Source: Octopus vulgaris (Eukaryota). Taken from it: DNA of 64,000 bases. Position 1 is the stretch's first letter; the number at the start of each line of letters is the position of its first letter. The notes beneath the pieces were generated by a model. That model saw only the letters and a program-made list of their open reading frames with translations. It did no database searches and was not told where the DNA came from. This document shows positions 13,950 through 27,647 of the stretch, one piece after another. The position numbers were made by a program, and so were the translations under genes. The stretch lies in assembly GCA_951406725.2 (NCBI GenBank), contig OX597824.1, positions 84,692,001-84,756,000 of the forward strand. The letters are read 5' to 3'.

Positions 13950-15168
13950 TTGGGTCATCCCATAAATAATGCAGTTTTTTATACTTCTTTTATTTTTCAA
14001 AATTAAGATAAACATAGTTCATTTTTAATCTAAAATATACTCTCCTTCATTTTCTACAATGCTCTTCCATGTAGACTTGCAAGGCCACTCTTCCAAAATT
14101 CTCTTGTCTGTGACAAAAAAGACTCCTCTGACCTTGTCTATAGAATTCATATATTTTCCGTCCAAATGATTTTGAAGACTGCAGAATAAATGATAATCAG
14201 ATGGGGCAATGTCCAGTGAATATGGTGGGCGGAATATCGTTTTCCATTCAAACAGTGCCAGCCTTTGGAATATCATCCTCACCGTATGTGGCTGAGCATT
14301 ATTAAGATGGTCGTTTTGTTTTCTAGCGCTGACTTAAGCTGCTCGCAGCAGATCTCCTTTGTTATTGTTTGGTTTAGGTTTAAGAGCTCAAGGTGGATTA
14401 AACCTGCCATATCCCACCAAATAGATAACACCTTACATATGGATGGAGACCTTTAGCCCAGGTTGCCAGTATTTTTCTTTTCCCTACCCACTGTCTTCGG
14501 CACTTGATATTTTTATAGAGAACCTAGTTCTTATCACCAGTCACTATTTGGTTGAAAAAAGGTTCATTTGTGAGATGTGACAGCAAAGAAGAGCACACAT
14601 TCACTCTTTGCATGCAATTAGACTTGGAATGTTTGTGAAGAACCCATTGACCCATTTTGCTGGCTTTTCCAATAGTACGCAGGTGTCAATGAATGGTTGA
14701 ATGACCATATCCAAGCTTCTCTACTATTTCCTCAACAGTTACAATGGGATTTTGTTCCACCAGAGTTTGCAGGATGTCCTTGTCAAGCTCTACAAATCTT
14801 TCAAGACAAGGCTTGTCTTCTAGGCTGTAGCTTCCAGCTTGGAATTTCTGGAACCACTGTTGACACTGGTTTACACTTATTGTCCGATCCCCATATACTG
14901 TATTAATATTCCTTGTACTTTTTGTTGTTTTGTTGCCTTTATTGAACTCATAAAGCAAAATATGCTGAATATGCTCCTTTGTCACTTTCATTATAGCTTT
15001 GAAAAAATAACTGTCAAACTGCACTCTTCAAAACTTGCACTAAGAATAAGGACAAGGCAAAATTATTACCTGCATTTATAGCAAGTTGATGCAGGTAGTT
15101 CATCCCATCCCTCTACAACTTTTAGTTCATGTAATTGAAAAAACCACATGGTTTATGGGATGACCCAA
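13950..15168 (-). mobile_element. Near full-length mariner transposon (pseudogenised)
   Basis: TIRs ttgggtcatcccataaa / tttatgggatgacccaa, TA on both sides, 1219 bp. Transposase fragments KEHIQHILLYEFNKG... and RPPYSLDIAPSDYHLF (YSPDLAP motif). Inserted at the end of a SINE fragment (13812-13948). Confidence 0.95.
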
Positions 15169-15509
15169 TACTTGGCAATCCATCAAAGTGACTATTATGG
15201 GTTTTATCCAGTTTAACATCACTGTCTAGCCTTGGCTTTCTTTAGAAGAATCTGCTTTGTTGCAAACATTTGGGCTTCACTCACAAATCTGAAGATAAAT
15301 TTCTCTTTTCCTTTCACTAGTCTTGCAGGCTCAACAAAGGGTCATGAGCATCACACTTCCTCTTCTAACTCATCCATTAAAAATAGGAAAAGTTTAAATA
15401 AATTTCATCTTTACTTTGTTACTTATTACAAAAAAATATTTTCCCAGCCAAGGTTAAGCTATCTTTTGTTCAGTGAAGGGTTTCTAATAAAAGAAGGTTA
15501 ATATATATC

Positions 15510-15830
15510 ATAGCAAAGTGGTTAGAGAATCAGACTTACAACCATGAGGTTGTGAGTTCAATTCCTCTGTGTTATGCTCTTGAGCAAGACATTTTATTTC
15601 ATGTTACTCCAGTTCACTCAGCTGTAGAAATGAGTTGTGACATCACTGGTGCCAAGCTGTATCAACCTTTGCTTTTCCCTTGGACAACATTGATGGTATA
15701 GAGAAGGGTGACTGGTATGCATAAGTAGACCACTAGTCTTCTACAAACAACCTTACCTAGACTTGTGACTCCAGGGGAACTTTCTAGGTGCAATCCCATG
15801 GTCATTCATGATCTGAGGGAGTCTTTACCC
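15510..15830 (+). mobile_element. Old tRNA-derived SINE
   Basis: tagcaaagtggttagag A-box, gagttcaattc B-box, then cttgagcaagaca...cagttcactcagctgtagaaatgag core. Confidence 0.65.
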
Positions 15831-16050
15831 TTTATATATATAGTGAGTCATTAGATTTTTTTCAAAAGTGCCCAGTTTATTCATGGGTAAGGTTATAAAG
15901 TTATATTTTTCAATGGTTGCTTATTTCAACAAATTCATAGTTAAATTACAACCTACACTTTACATTCATGTGGTGGATTTAATCTACGATCAAGCTTAAT
16001 ACCAACACTCAGCTCTTGTCTTTAGGAGACTATAGTCTATTGTAAACATT

Positions 16051-16355
16051 GTGTGTAGGCACATGGCCTAGTGGTTAGAGCAGTGGACTCACGGTCGAGG
16101 GATCACGGGTTCGAATCTCAGACCGGGCGATGTGTGTGTTTGTGAGCGAAACAGCTAAGCTCCACGTGGCTCCGGCATAAGGTAATGGCGAACTTCTGCT
16201 GACTCTTTCGCCACAACTTTCTCTCACTCTTTCCTCCGGCATCTTGCAGCTCACCTGCGATGGACCGGCGTCCCGTCCAGGTGGGGAAGCTATATGCCAA
16301 GAAACCGGCCCTTATGAGCCACACATGGCTTGAGAAGGAACAAACAGCAAACAAC
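16051..16355 (+). mobile_element. Young tRNA-derived SINE with 12-bp TSD
   Basis: tggcctagtggttagagc A-box, gggttcgaatct B-box; TSD attgtaaacatt at 16039-16050 and 16356-16367. Confidence 0.9.
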
Positions 16356-17441
16356 ATTGTAAACATTAGGACTAGATCTCCAGTTCAAGGAAATTGGAGT
16401 GATGCTTCTTACTGAAGCAACCCATGAAACATGGCTTCTTCCTCTCTTTTCCTAAACAGTCTCAAAGACCATTAAATAGGTGGTCATGAGTGGTGTCCAT
16501 CATCTGACTAAGCCATAAAAAAAAATGCCGAACTTTTTATAAGGCTCTAAATTTGCTTGTGGTTGCAATGTCACCCTTCTCTGTACAGGCTAGGTTGACT
16601 CCTTCAGTTGCAGCTGCATCCTTAACAACTGCTGTTTGCTAATAATGTCTGATATTTATCCTCTGAAATACAGCCTACAAAGCCAGCCTACAATCTACTA
16701 ACTGCAGATATTTGAACAGAAAATCAAAGCTCAGACAGAGATCTATTTTGAAGATCTGTAGGCAGTTCTTCATTTGTGGACTATTAGTAATGCCATTGAG
16801 AAACTTTCTATGTGGTTGCTTGGCTTGCTAGAAATAGCAGCCAAATTTCCCTCAAATGACACACTACTACCTCAAAAACAAAAGCACATAATACCTGAAA
16901 GAAAGTTGGAGTAATATAAATATGAAACACTCTTGATCATAGTCTGTTTCATGATGTGTGACTGATGGGAGGGGCAGCTATACAATAACAATACTTTCCC
17001 TCCTGTTCTTTAATAATTTAAAGCAACAACAATTATTCACATATAATAATCTAGTAGATAATAAGAGCAATTTAACAAACACAAAAAAATATTTTTCCTC
17101 ATTTAAAATGTTTCTGCTTCACTGAACATTCTTCAGCAGTATTAATAAGAAAAAATATCCCAACTAGAACAGAACAGAAACCTAATTTTTCATTCAAAGA
17201 AGAGACACAATGTGGATGAAATTGTAGAAAATATTTATTCAGATTACTTTTAAGACAATTTTATATACTTTTACAGCTGTATATTATATTTCAAAAATAG
17301 GTTCTCAGAATTGCTAATTATTATACAGGTACATAACCTCTAATACTTTGTGCAATATTTTCTCTTTGTCAATCCATCTATTGTTTGATAATCAAGTCAA
17401 TTTACTTAATTTTTTATGATCACTATTATACTTTAATTGGG

Positions 17442-17476
<35 letters not shown>

Positions 17477-18529
17477 TACCCATACATGTATGTGTATTTG
17501 TATTTGTGTCTGTCTCCCAACTAAAAGATTATAGTGCCTTGGTCACATTCACCTGCAAGCTAAGGTTGGTGTTGTGGAGGGAATAGACAGATTCTGGATT
17601 TTTCCTCACAAAATGGTGATGCTACCAGTGCTGGTGCTGTGTAAAAAATATCCAGTCCACACTGTGAAGTGGTTGGCATTTGGAGAGGCATCCTGCTGTA
17701 AAAATCAAGCCAAAACTAACCTCGCCTGTGCTAGTGCCACATAAAAAAAACACAGTCCACTCTGCAGTAGTTGGTGTCAGGAAGCTGTAAAAATCCTGCC
17801 AAAACAGACACAGGGTAGTTTTCTACCTGGCTGGCTCCTGTTAACCATCCTACCCATGCATACATGGAAGACGGACATTAAACTATGATGATGATGATGA
17901 AAGAACAAACACGTGTTTTCTAAATGAAACCAATAGGATCCAACTACTCATGCACACACAGAAGAGGAATTAAACTAAGTACTGAGAACAAATGATATAC
18001 TTGACAATTTTACAATACAACTAGCAGCACCTCATTTGAGAGTTAATTGTCCCGGCCATAGATACACTGGAATATTGGTATCTTGGCACAAGCTGCCAAT
18101 ATATAACTGCACCATATCAATTTGCAATTTTAATGTGCAATATAACATTGCGTAACTGTCATTCATAATTTATATTGTTTGGTAATTGGTGGCAAAAGAT
18201 ATTAATGAATTCTTTGAAGTATATAAAATTGGAGACATGGATTATTTGGTAACAGTTAATATTATTGAAAGATTGTAGATTTACTGTAGTTGGGGTCAAA
18301 GTTAACCCAAAGTGAATAAGGGATTAAAGAATGGAAGATATGAAAACAAAAAAAAGAGAGAGAAAGAGTAAACAAAACTTTAGGTTGTAAAGTAAGAATT
18401 TGAATGCCAGTAAATAGGTCATATGTTCAAAACCATTTCAAAATAATTTTTTTTTTCTTTTTGCTGGGCCATAAAGAACAGGTCATTGTCTTTGGCTTTT
18501 GCAGTCCCTCCAAGACATTGATGCTTTAA

Positions 18530-18740
18530 CCCTTTCATTACCAACCCAGCTCTGGCTCTGAGTACAAATGTTTCATTTTCATAAGTTTTGAATTAAAATC
18601 TTCCACCAAACCTTAGTCACAATTTATGTTCCTAACACTAGCTGTATTGATAACTAAGTTATTTTGCTAAATTTTTTGTTATATTTAAAGTAATTGTAAG
18701 AAACAGAGAGTATCTCAAAATAAATACAGTAACGAAAGGG
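18530..18740. mobile_element. TTAA-targeting (piggyBac-type) MITE
   Basis: TTAA|ccctttcattac ... gtaacgaaaggg|tta; related copy in opposite orientation at 44926-45140. Confidence 0.75.
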
Positions 18741-18741
18741 T

Positions 18742-19200
18742 TATAATAATAATAATAATGATGATGATGCAATTATTGTGTACAGTACTCAGTTGCACTA
18801 CAACTCATCAAAGGTGCATGTATAGTACATAGAATCATGTACAAACATCAGCACCTCATTTGAGAGATAATTGTCCTGGCCATAGATACACTGGAATATT
18901 GGTATCTTGGCACAAGCTGCCAATATATAACTGTACCATATCAATTTGCAATTTCAATGTGTAATATAACATTGCATAACTGTACAAACATCAGGAAAGT
19001 GAACAGTGTATGAATCATGATACATGTGTGCATGTGTATGGAGGTGGGGATATCAGGTGTAGTGTTAGCGAATTGATATTCTGGGCATCATGTAGGTTCT
19101 AGACTGGAAATGTACCATAATCACATCTAGCTGTAAACAGATAGCTGGTAAACAGGTGATGAAGGTCTTACTATGTGATGGTAAGATGCTTTCTGTCTGT
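18742..19200 (-). mobile_element. CR1/L2-type LINE 3' end
   Basis: (AAT)n tail and 3' UTR homologous to 20470-20935 and 25640-25765. Confidence 0.65.
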
Positions 19201-20469
19201 CTTTTTGATGATTTTTAGAAATTTAATTTGTCCAGTTCTGATCATTGTTGACAATAGTACCTCAATCATATTCACCTGACAGCTAAACTTGGTGTTGTGG
19301 AGAGAGTAGATAGATTCTGGATTTTTCCTCACAAAATATATAAAGATGCCTTTGTCTACGGCTAGCTTAGGTTGTCAATCAGCAATCCAATTATTGCACT
19401 GTATCCAGGTGAGATTGCAGGAAAGATCTATAGCATATAACAGTTATGTAATATACAAAAATACTAATATTATTAATATACTCCTGCAAAAATATATCCT
19501 AAAATGACAAGCGTCTTGGCTGAGAAGTAAACATTAATTTTTATTCATGTTCAGACAGTTTGTTTTGCTTTGTTTACACCACTTTTGAAAAGTACAAATT
19601 CCTCCACGTAATTGAGCACTTGGTTTATGCAGAGTTGTTTCCCTTAGTCTAAAAATAGTTCCTTGATATAAATTCGACTTGGGGAAATAGAATTATATCA
19701 GGTTAGAGGAACATGAGGTAGTGGTGGGGATAATGATAGTGATAATTGTCCTGAATGGATGGATGTAATGAAAATACTCTTGTCAAAATACATTAGAAAT
19801 ATAACAGAAAGTCTGTTAAAGTTCTTTCTCAGTTGTATGCAGATGGTTAAAAGACTGAAATATGACTTTCAAAACTGGTAACTATGATGTATGTCAGCTA
19901 CAAACCAATACTGTATAATCGGACAGTTATAATCAGCATAATCAGAGCGTGTTGTACTTATGTATATTAACTACCTATTAATTGTACCTATTTCAAACAC
20001 ACACATACAAATCTCTCTAACTTTTTCATTAAAGTCCTGTAACATGATATCTGTTTGGTATACCTACTTCCATGTGTCAATGGGGGAGGGGGGAGCCTTT
20101 ACATGGTTTGTAGAGCTGCAAGAAATAATAGTCGAATCTCACTCAAATTACACCCTGCTCTCTTAAAAAAAAAAAGGGAAGATTACTTTAGGTAAAGAAG
20201 TTCTTGACATAGTAGTTGAAAATAAGTTGGGAAACTTTCAATCAAAAGGTTTACTTGATCAGAGCTGACAAGGGGGCAAACAAAACCTACCAGTTGAAAG
20301 GAGAGGTGGTGAGGACAAAAATATCTAGAAATGAAAAGTACATTGGTTTCCTTGTCACTGAATGACAATAATGCCTTCAAAAAAAAAAAAAAAATTCTCA
20401 AAGTGCACAAATTCTAAGAAAAGAACAAGAAAAATGTATAAATTCTAATGCTATTCTTATAAGTATTCT

Positions 20470-20935
20470 GTTTTATAATAATAAATATTTTATAATAATA
20501 ATATGCAGTGCTCAGGTGCACCACAACTTGTCAAAAGTGCATATGAAGTATATGCAGTAATGTACAAATGTCTGGGAAGTAAACAGTGTATGAGTCAGAT
20601 ACATGCTTGCATGTGTATGAAGGAGAGAGAATCTGGTGTAGTGTTGGTGAATTTCAGGAAGCATGGAAGTTTTGAAGGATGCAGTGCTCTGACAACTAAC
20701 AGCTGATACCGGCAGTTTGTTCCATGCTTCAGTAACTCTTAGTGTGAAAAAATGTTTCCGAAAGTCATGGGAGTTGTGCTGTTTTCTGACTTTGTAAACA
20801 TGTCTACAGGTGTTAGACAGGTGGAGTTTGAAAAAGTGCTGAGTTATTGTTGGTAAGATGGTTAATAATTTTATGGGTGTCTACCAAGTCAGCTGCCAGA
20901 TGTCGGAGTTTCAATGTATCCATGCCCAGGGATAA
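20470..20935 (-). mobile_element. CR1/L2-type LINE 3' fragment
   Basis: LGMDTLKLRHLAADLVDTHKIINHL (CR1-like ORF2 C-terminus) followed by 3' UTR and (ATT)n tail. Confidence 0.75.
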
Positions 20936-21278
20936 AAACTTATATCTTGGGAAACAATTTTGCATCAGTTTTTTTTTTTCTATATTTCCATGAATAGGAT
21001 GGTATTTATTGTCATCCAGATTGGGGAAAATGTGTGAAACACAATCAATGGCTGTAAGAAAGTCTTGTATGCAGTATCTAACATTAAAAGCCATTGAGCT
21101 TGTGCTGAACTCCCTGTTCGAAAATATAAGGACACAGATATTGTGTCGTATAGCCAGCTGGAAATTATGTTTCTTGGAGCTAAAACAACAGCAACATCAT
21201 CCCTTCCAGGACAACCACATTATGTTGGCAAATAGCCTTTACTTTATTAAAATATTAATTACGAAAAATTAAGCTTAC

Positions 21279-22474
21279 CTTAGGTGATGACTCCTCACTT
21301 GAACTACATGTTGAAATTGTAGAGTAATCAGATACATCTGATGCTACAGAACAGTTAGAAAGTTTCCGACCGCTGGCATTCAAGGGGTCACAGCAGCCTC
21401 TTAAATGAGAAACCTCAACTGGGTCATTCGTTGAGTCTCCATAGTCTGTTATTACAACAAGGGGTGGTACCGTATTGGTGGTTTTGTGTGTTGGGTCTTT
21501 GTTTGGTAAAATTTTGTCAAGGTGTGTCTTCATTTCTGGCCATTCCTCGTCAGGACTAAGAGTTTCAATAGCTGAATCACACTCAGTGCTACATAAACTG
21601 CTGATAGGGCTACTTGATGAAGGGTATTTTGATATAACAGGTGAGACAGACAATTGCATTTTCCGTTCAGTTTGAGCAATTGAAATTTGTTTGCTTTGTT
21701 CATTAAAATTATGTTCTGATAGAAATTTGATACATTTTTCTGCATGGGGCATATTTCTTTCTGAAACTGGATCAGTGGGGAATTCAGAAGGGAGCATTTT
21801 AATAGCAGCTTCTTCAGAAAGTCTTGATGTCACAGAATGGCTCTTTGTAGTCACAGCAGAGTCGTGGGGTAACAGAGAAGGATTATCACTTTGCGGAAGG
21901 ACATCACTCTCACCCTCAACTAATTTAGTTTGGAAAGTCATGAGTGTATTGTCCTCCGCACTGTTGCACATTTCAAATGTTCCACACGAACTAGAATTCC
22001 TTAAATTATGATTATCAAAGTCTGATAAATGGTTTGATGACTTATATGACAACAGAACAGGTTCTAATGTAACAGACTTTCTGTGTTCTGGTTTACCGAT
22101 ATATACATAGTCCGAAACTTCACCTAAATAGCTATTCACAGAAGCAGAATATAAGTTTCCAGTACTGCTAGCTTTTATAGGATAGTTGTGTTTGATATGT
22201 GTTAATGTGTCTGTGTTTTTATGGGAAGGACAAATACCTCTGTCAAAGTCTTCCTCAATACGTTTAGATGATAAATGAAATTTCCTTGAAAGCCATTTCA
22301 GGACAGATGAAGTTTTAGATCTTCGCTTATTCCGATGTGGTACTTTAGAACTGTTTCCATCTTTAGTGCTTTGTTCCATTTCCGAATTTCCATTGTGGGT
22401 TATTTCCAGGCCAGCGCTGGAAATCTGCTTCTCTCCATATCCAAACTTTTCATTGTAAGCAGCTTCATCTGACA
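21279..22474 (-). CDS. Large internal coding exon (~398 codons, Ser-rich, probably disordered); likely N-terminal region of an inositol-trisphosphate 3-kinase (ITPKA/B, IP3K2-like)
   Basis: Only long non-repetitive ORF (412 aa). Acceptor TTGTTTCTCTTTATTTCAG|TG at 22475/22474, donor CCTAAG|GTAAGC at 21279/21278 (phase 0). It ends VPPLVVITDYG...RKLSNCSVASDVSDYSTISTCSSSEESSPK, resembling the RKLS-Ser-rich-acidic stretch before the WxKIxNxVxWSPF CaM motif of IP3 kinases. Exon call is strong; family identity is recall-based (about 0.5). Confidence 0.85.
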
Positions 22475-24035
22475 CTGAAATAAAGAGAAACAATTTTGAT
22501 GTTAATTCAATGTTAATAAGATAGCTTATAACATTTCATTTGTAAAATTAAACAATTTAATACAGAGTCAAAATTATAGTTCAAGACAAAGGTTAGAGGA
22601 ATACAATCCAAGTGAGCAAACACAAGCTGTGGTGGGCAGCTTTAAAACAGTTTCCAGTAAATTGGGTTTCTGGTAGCTTCCTGCAGCAAGGACAGGGTAC
22701 TAGTTGTTTTCAGTCCCCACTTGTCACTGAAACTATCTCTTTCATAGTGAAGATAACGAAACTGGTAACTGTCTACACATAATGCCACTACAAAGCTTCA
22801 TTGTGCAGGTATCTTATCCTGCAATGTTTCTTAGTTCACTGCCTGAGTTAGCCAGCAATAGGGAACTGTAAGCTAGAGAGTAGCAAGTACTACTACAAGA
22901 GACCTGTCCTATCTCCTGCATGCATGCACACACATTGAATTTGGGATCCCTAAAATGTCTGATGGTGATGAAGTATCTGGTAGTGGGAGCAGGTATAAGT
23001 GTGCTGGAATCTTCTAATCAGTACCCAACATGTCACCAGTACAAGACAAACAGACAGGTAGGACAGTGAAGGCTGTGCCCAGCTGACAACTGAGTACATT
23101 GGACAATGCTATTTATGGACTGTGTTACTTAGTCCAACTGGGGAAAGGCCTAAAAAAGTGGTCTAAAAACTATCCACTCAGTTCCTGGACTAAAAACCAT
23201 ATGTTTTTGGACATTTGACAGATAGTAGTGGTTATAAAAGTAAGAAACACAACATGCCAATCAGACTTGTCATATGAAATATATGGATAATGCTTAATGT
23301 CAAACAGGTAGAAAGAGTGAGAGTGGTGTGTGTGTGTGTGTGTGTGTGTGTGTGCAATTACTAGGAAAAGGGAAAAAGGTTGACAGTGACTTCAAAGTTT
23401 CAGCTTGCTCACTTTCATCAGATAGTCTGAAGAAGGTAAGCAAGCTAAAACTATAATGTCTTTGTCAACTTTTCCTTTGTAAGAGTTAATACATATGTAC
23501 TCAACTAAAACATATTCTGTAATACTTCAGTTTAATGTTCAACTGTTTTTATAAATAACTTGAGATAAAAACTGACAATTTATTTATATATGACAGAAGT
23601 TCAGAAGGATCACTTCCTTGAGACCCTTCTGCAGGCTACCTCAATGTCAATTAATGGTAACTTCATTATCATGGCTTGTAGCTGGTGTAGACAATTTCCT
23701 TCGCCTAAAATCACTGACCTTGTGTCAAAATTAGAAACAAATATTTTTATTATTCATATTCTTTCTTTTCCTTTGTTTTACCATCAGTCAGTGGATTGAG
23801 GGAGGATGATGTGGAGAGGGCACTTGCCCTGCTAGTCAGGGCAACCATGGTTTTGTGAGGTCTCCATCAGCAGCCCTAGGAAGTCTCCTTCTTTTGGAGA
23901 AGAATTCATTGTTATAATTTCATATTGTTACTGTTTTTAATTTTTTACATGCCATTCATGTAACCCCACATTGTATTTTCCTATACTGTCCCCAATGTTT
24001 TCTGTGAACCATTAGTGGCTAATAAAGAAATCATT

Positions 24036-24330
24036 ATTACCTCTGCCTTAACGAAGGTGGAGGTACTGTTTCCAGTTGTGTTTTTTTGTCCATGGACAAG
24101 ATATCTCAAGAAGCACTGGATAGATTTGGATGAAACTTTCAGAGATGGTTGGCCTCATGACTGATATGAACTAAGATTTTGGGTTCAATCTAGTACCAGA
24201 CAAGGATTCTGGATTATTTGTTATATTTACTTTACAATCTTATGTTCACTTTCAAGGCTTTCTCTGATTATCTCCCTTGAAAGCATTAAGTTATGGTGGC
24301 GTTACTGTTTCAAAAGTTTTATTTTCGTTT
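24036..24330 (+). mobile_element. Helentron/HINE-like non-autonomous repeat
   Basis: ttacctctgccttaacgaaggtggaggt terminal hairpin followed by gatatctcaagaag...gatttggatgaaacttt, a pattern recalled from rolling-circle non-autonomous elements. Confidence 0.5.
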
Positions 24331-24519
24331 CTCTATTATTAATTTTACTCACATCTCTATCTTAGTAGAAACTGATACATAAAGAAATCAAACTACATAA
24401 ACAAACATCAGCAAAACCATTCAGAAATTAAACAACAACTAACATATTCAGTAACAATAATAAATTTAATTTATCTTTGACAATTTTTAGTTTTACCAAT
24501 TTTAAATATATTGCTCCTG

Positions 24520-24845
24520 TGCAGTATCTTGGGCAAGTGTCATCTACTATAGCCCCAGGCAAACCAATGCCTTGAGTGAACTTGGTAGATGGAAACCGTT
24601 GAAGCTCATTCTATACATACATACATATATGTGTATATATGAATGTGTGTGTTTCTGTGTTTGTGTTTGTCCATCATACATACTGTTTGACAACCAGTGC
24701 TGGTTTGCTTATGTCCCCATGACTTAGTGATTTGGCATAAGAGATTGAAAGAATAAGCATCAAAAATAAAAGAATGAAAGAAGCACTGGGGTCAAGATGC
24801 TGCTCCAGCATGACCACAATCCAATGACTGAAATAAAAGATAAAA
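24520..24845 (+). mobile_element. Diverged copy of the abundant tRNA-SINE
   Basis: cttgggcaagtgtcatctactatagcc...ccagcatgaccac...atgactgaaa. Confidence 0.8.
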
Positions 24846-26255
24846 GATCTAATAGGTATAAACTATAACATCAGTCTCAAGAGACCCCCATTACCTACCA
24901 TTACTCTGTGTAATGCTGCACAGCATTAAGAGTAGCCAACATCTAGACAAAACATTATCCTGCAACATATCTGTGACATGTGAAAATATTTTCCAAAGTA
25001 TCTAACAAGTGAGATGGGAGAAAAAAACAACAAATAAGTGTCATGCTATTGTCCTCATGTGACTGTTTGTAACAATAGTATTCTGGAGGAGACTAAAGGG
25101 AGAAAACAATATTAAAAGAAATATGAGAGAAAGTACGGTGAGTGGGGAGAAGAAATATGAAAGATAAGTCCTACTTAGCAAAATATAGGAACTTGAAAAG
25201 TATAATGAAAAGTGGCAAATATACAGATAAGTGTATAGATGTAGAGTGATGTTTAAGGGTGCTTGTGATAGTTTATAGCAATAGAATTCTAAGGACTGTC
25301 GTGAGTTTGAAAGCAAGAAGATAACAGGAATAAAACTAGTTTGTGGAAGAGATGGGATAAATTTGTTGTTACATCATTTTTATTATGTAAGTTTTAGAAC
25401 TAAAGATCTTTGGTGCATACAACTCCAGATATGTATAAGCCTTATTTGATCTGCTATGACTGCATGAGCAAAAGATGATTTTTTTAAAGGGCTTTGAGGA
25501 TGAAAAGCAGCACTCATGATCTTTCTGCATTAAAGACTGGGGACAGAAAGGAAAGAAGAAACTATGACAGATAAGTTGCTACAATACAAAGCAACAGATC
25601 AAGATACTGAGTTATCTTTAGATTGGAGACTTGATCTAATGTACCTGACTCAAACACTGTTCACTTTCCAGATATTTGTACATTACTGCATATACTTTAT
25701 ACACACTTTTGACAAGTTGTGGTGTACCTGAGCACTGTATACAATAATTTCATTATTATTATTGCTTGCAACAGAACAGATGCCACTAAAAGGACCAGGT
25801 GATAATATTAAACTGGAAGACTGATTAAGTTACCCACCAAGGATAGAATTAAGTTTCTTACTCAAAGGAAATTAAAATATATATTTCAAACAAATCTTAG
25901 AGAATTAAACCCACCAAAGGTGCTAATTCAATAAACAAGTTTCATAAAAAACCAAAACAATGAAAATAACAGCAATAGTAGTAGAGATGATGATGATGCT
26001 CAGAACAATGCTTCCTAAAGTCAATGATCCAGCTGTGTTTTTATTTCATTTTCAATATAATTACTTTTATCACATTCTCAAAATACTATTGGCAGGCATT
26101 TATTCATATTTAACTCAGTTACATTGTCACTTGGTGGGGTGCAGCCGGGTAGAGGAATATCACCAGGGGAAGATGTCACAGTGCATTTGGAGGTCTATTT
26201 TAGTGTGAATCAGAGTTCATAAGGCATTAGACTGAGAGATTAAAAAGTACTAGAC

Positions 26256-26574
26256 CGGGCCCAGCCACTTCGAATTACATTGCAGACCACTTTTATTACA
26301 GAAAGTTTTTTGAGGGCCGCTTGAATACTGAAGAGAATTGAAAGCCTTTTGTTTTCTCATGCTATTATTACAATAATGAATGAATGATCGAAATATTATG
26401 ATTGCAAAAGCAGTAGTATCTTTCATTTTTACTTTTCATTACAATATTTAATTTCTGATAAAATTTTTTAAATGTTTGTTTAAATAAACACATTTCAAGA
26501 AAGTATCAAGCGGGCTGCAAGATTAAAGTCTGCAAGCCACATGCATCCTGCAGGCCTCAGGTTGGCCATCCCTG
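26256..26574. mobile_element. hAT (Charlie-like) MITE remnant
   Basis: Ends caggttggccatccctg; near-identical 8-bp TSD tactagac / tgctagac; left terminus is eroded. Confidence 0.6.
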
Positions 26575-27373
26575 TGCTAGACTATAAAGAACATGGTTAT
26601 GCGAGCCCTAAAAAAGACATAATTGCTTGCCTTTGTCTATAGGACAGTTTCTATATTACTTTGATAAGGGGTTAAGGATAAGAAGTAAATTTCCTGTGCA
26701 ACATTCATTTCCAACAATATGCAGTTGTTTGAAATGAAGCATTTAAAAAATGGGAGTAAAATTAAATATTACACATGTGAGTTCGTGGGATCAATTATAT
26801 AGCCCAATGTTAAGTAGAAAAACAACATTTGAAGAGAATCCAAATTTAGTGTCATCAGAAACACAAGATGTAGTAGTTAACAATCTGATCACAATTTGCA
26901 ACCACTGTAGAAATAATGCATCTCAGAAACTCAGACATGGAACATAGCTGAGTTTTTACAGACCACATGCAGCTTCACAAAATTAGAGATGCATTCATTT
27001 TCTCACAAAAGCAGAATCTATAGTATTTCTTTCAAATTTACAATTGTCCTAGCCAGATCCAATGGTAAAAAAATTCTAACCATTCAATGAGATTGGTAAA
27101 TAACAATTTAAGTTATCAAGATAGAAAAAGACTTGTTACTTTATTTTCACGTGATTTTCATGATTTTCTTTTTTTAAAGTCAAATTCTTTAAATAAGTTT
27201 TTTTTAAATAATTCCATGCTAAATCCCAAAGGGGATTGCTTCCATACTGACCTTTCTAATTTGTTACATGCTTGTGTGTGTGTACATACATTTATATGCA
27301 ATCCCCTTTATATATATATTTCGTTTTGAGATTTGGTTTGCAAGATTCTTTATGTGAGTTCATGTGTTGAAGC

Positions 27374-27647
27374 ATATTCTGTTGTGACTGGGGAGAGTCA
27401 TTCTCTTTTAGTACCTTATAATTTAACACATTCACCAGTAAAATTTCCACTTCTTTTTCATTTTCCTAAAATTTTCGTTGCGTCTTGTAACCTTTTCAAT
27501 AGTTTTGAGTCAAAACTATTTAAAAGGTTACAAGATGCAACAAAAGTTTTAGAAAAATAAGAAAGAAATAAGTGGAAATTTTACCAGTGAGTGTGTTAAA
27601 TTATAAGGCACTAAAAGAGAATGACTCTCCCCAAACACAACAGTATA
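27374..27647. repeat. Fold-back element (~135-bp arms, 1-nt loop), Penelope-like terminal sequence
   Basis: Inverted repeat centred on gttttga-g-tcaaaac at 27509; degenerate hammerhead-like core in the arms. Confidence 0.85.

Noticed and set aside
16055-16130. tRNA gene (also 48115-48185 and 34855-34910)
   Set aside because: A/B boxes continue into a SINE body with tail and TSD; no clean cloverleaf or poly-T terminator.
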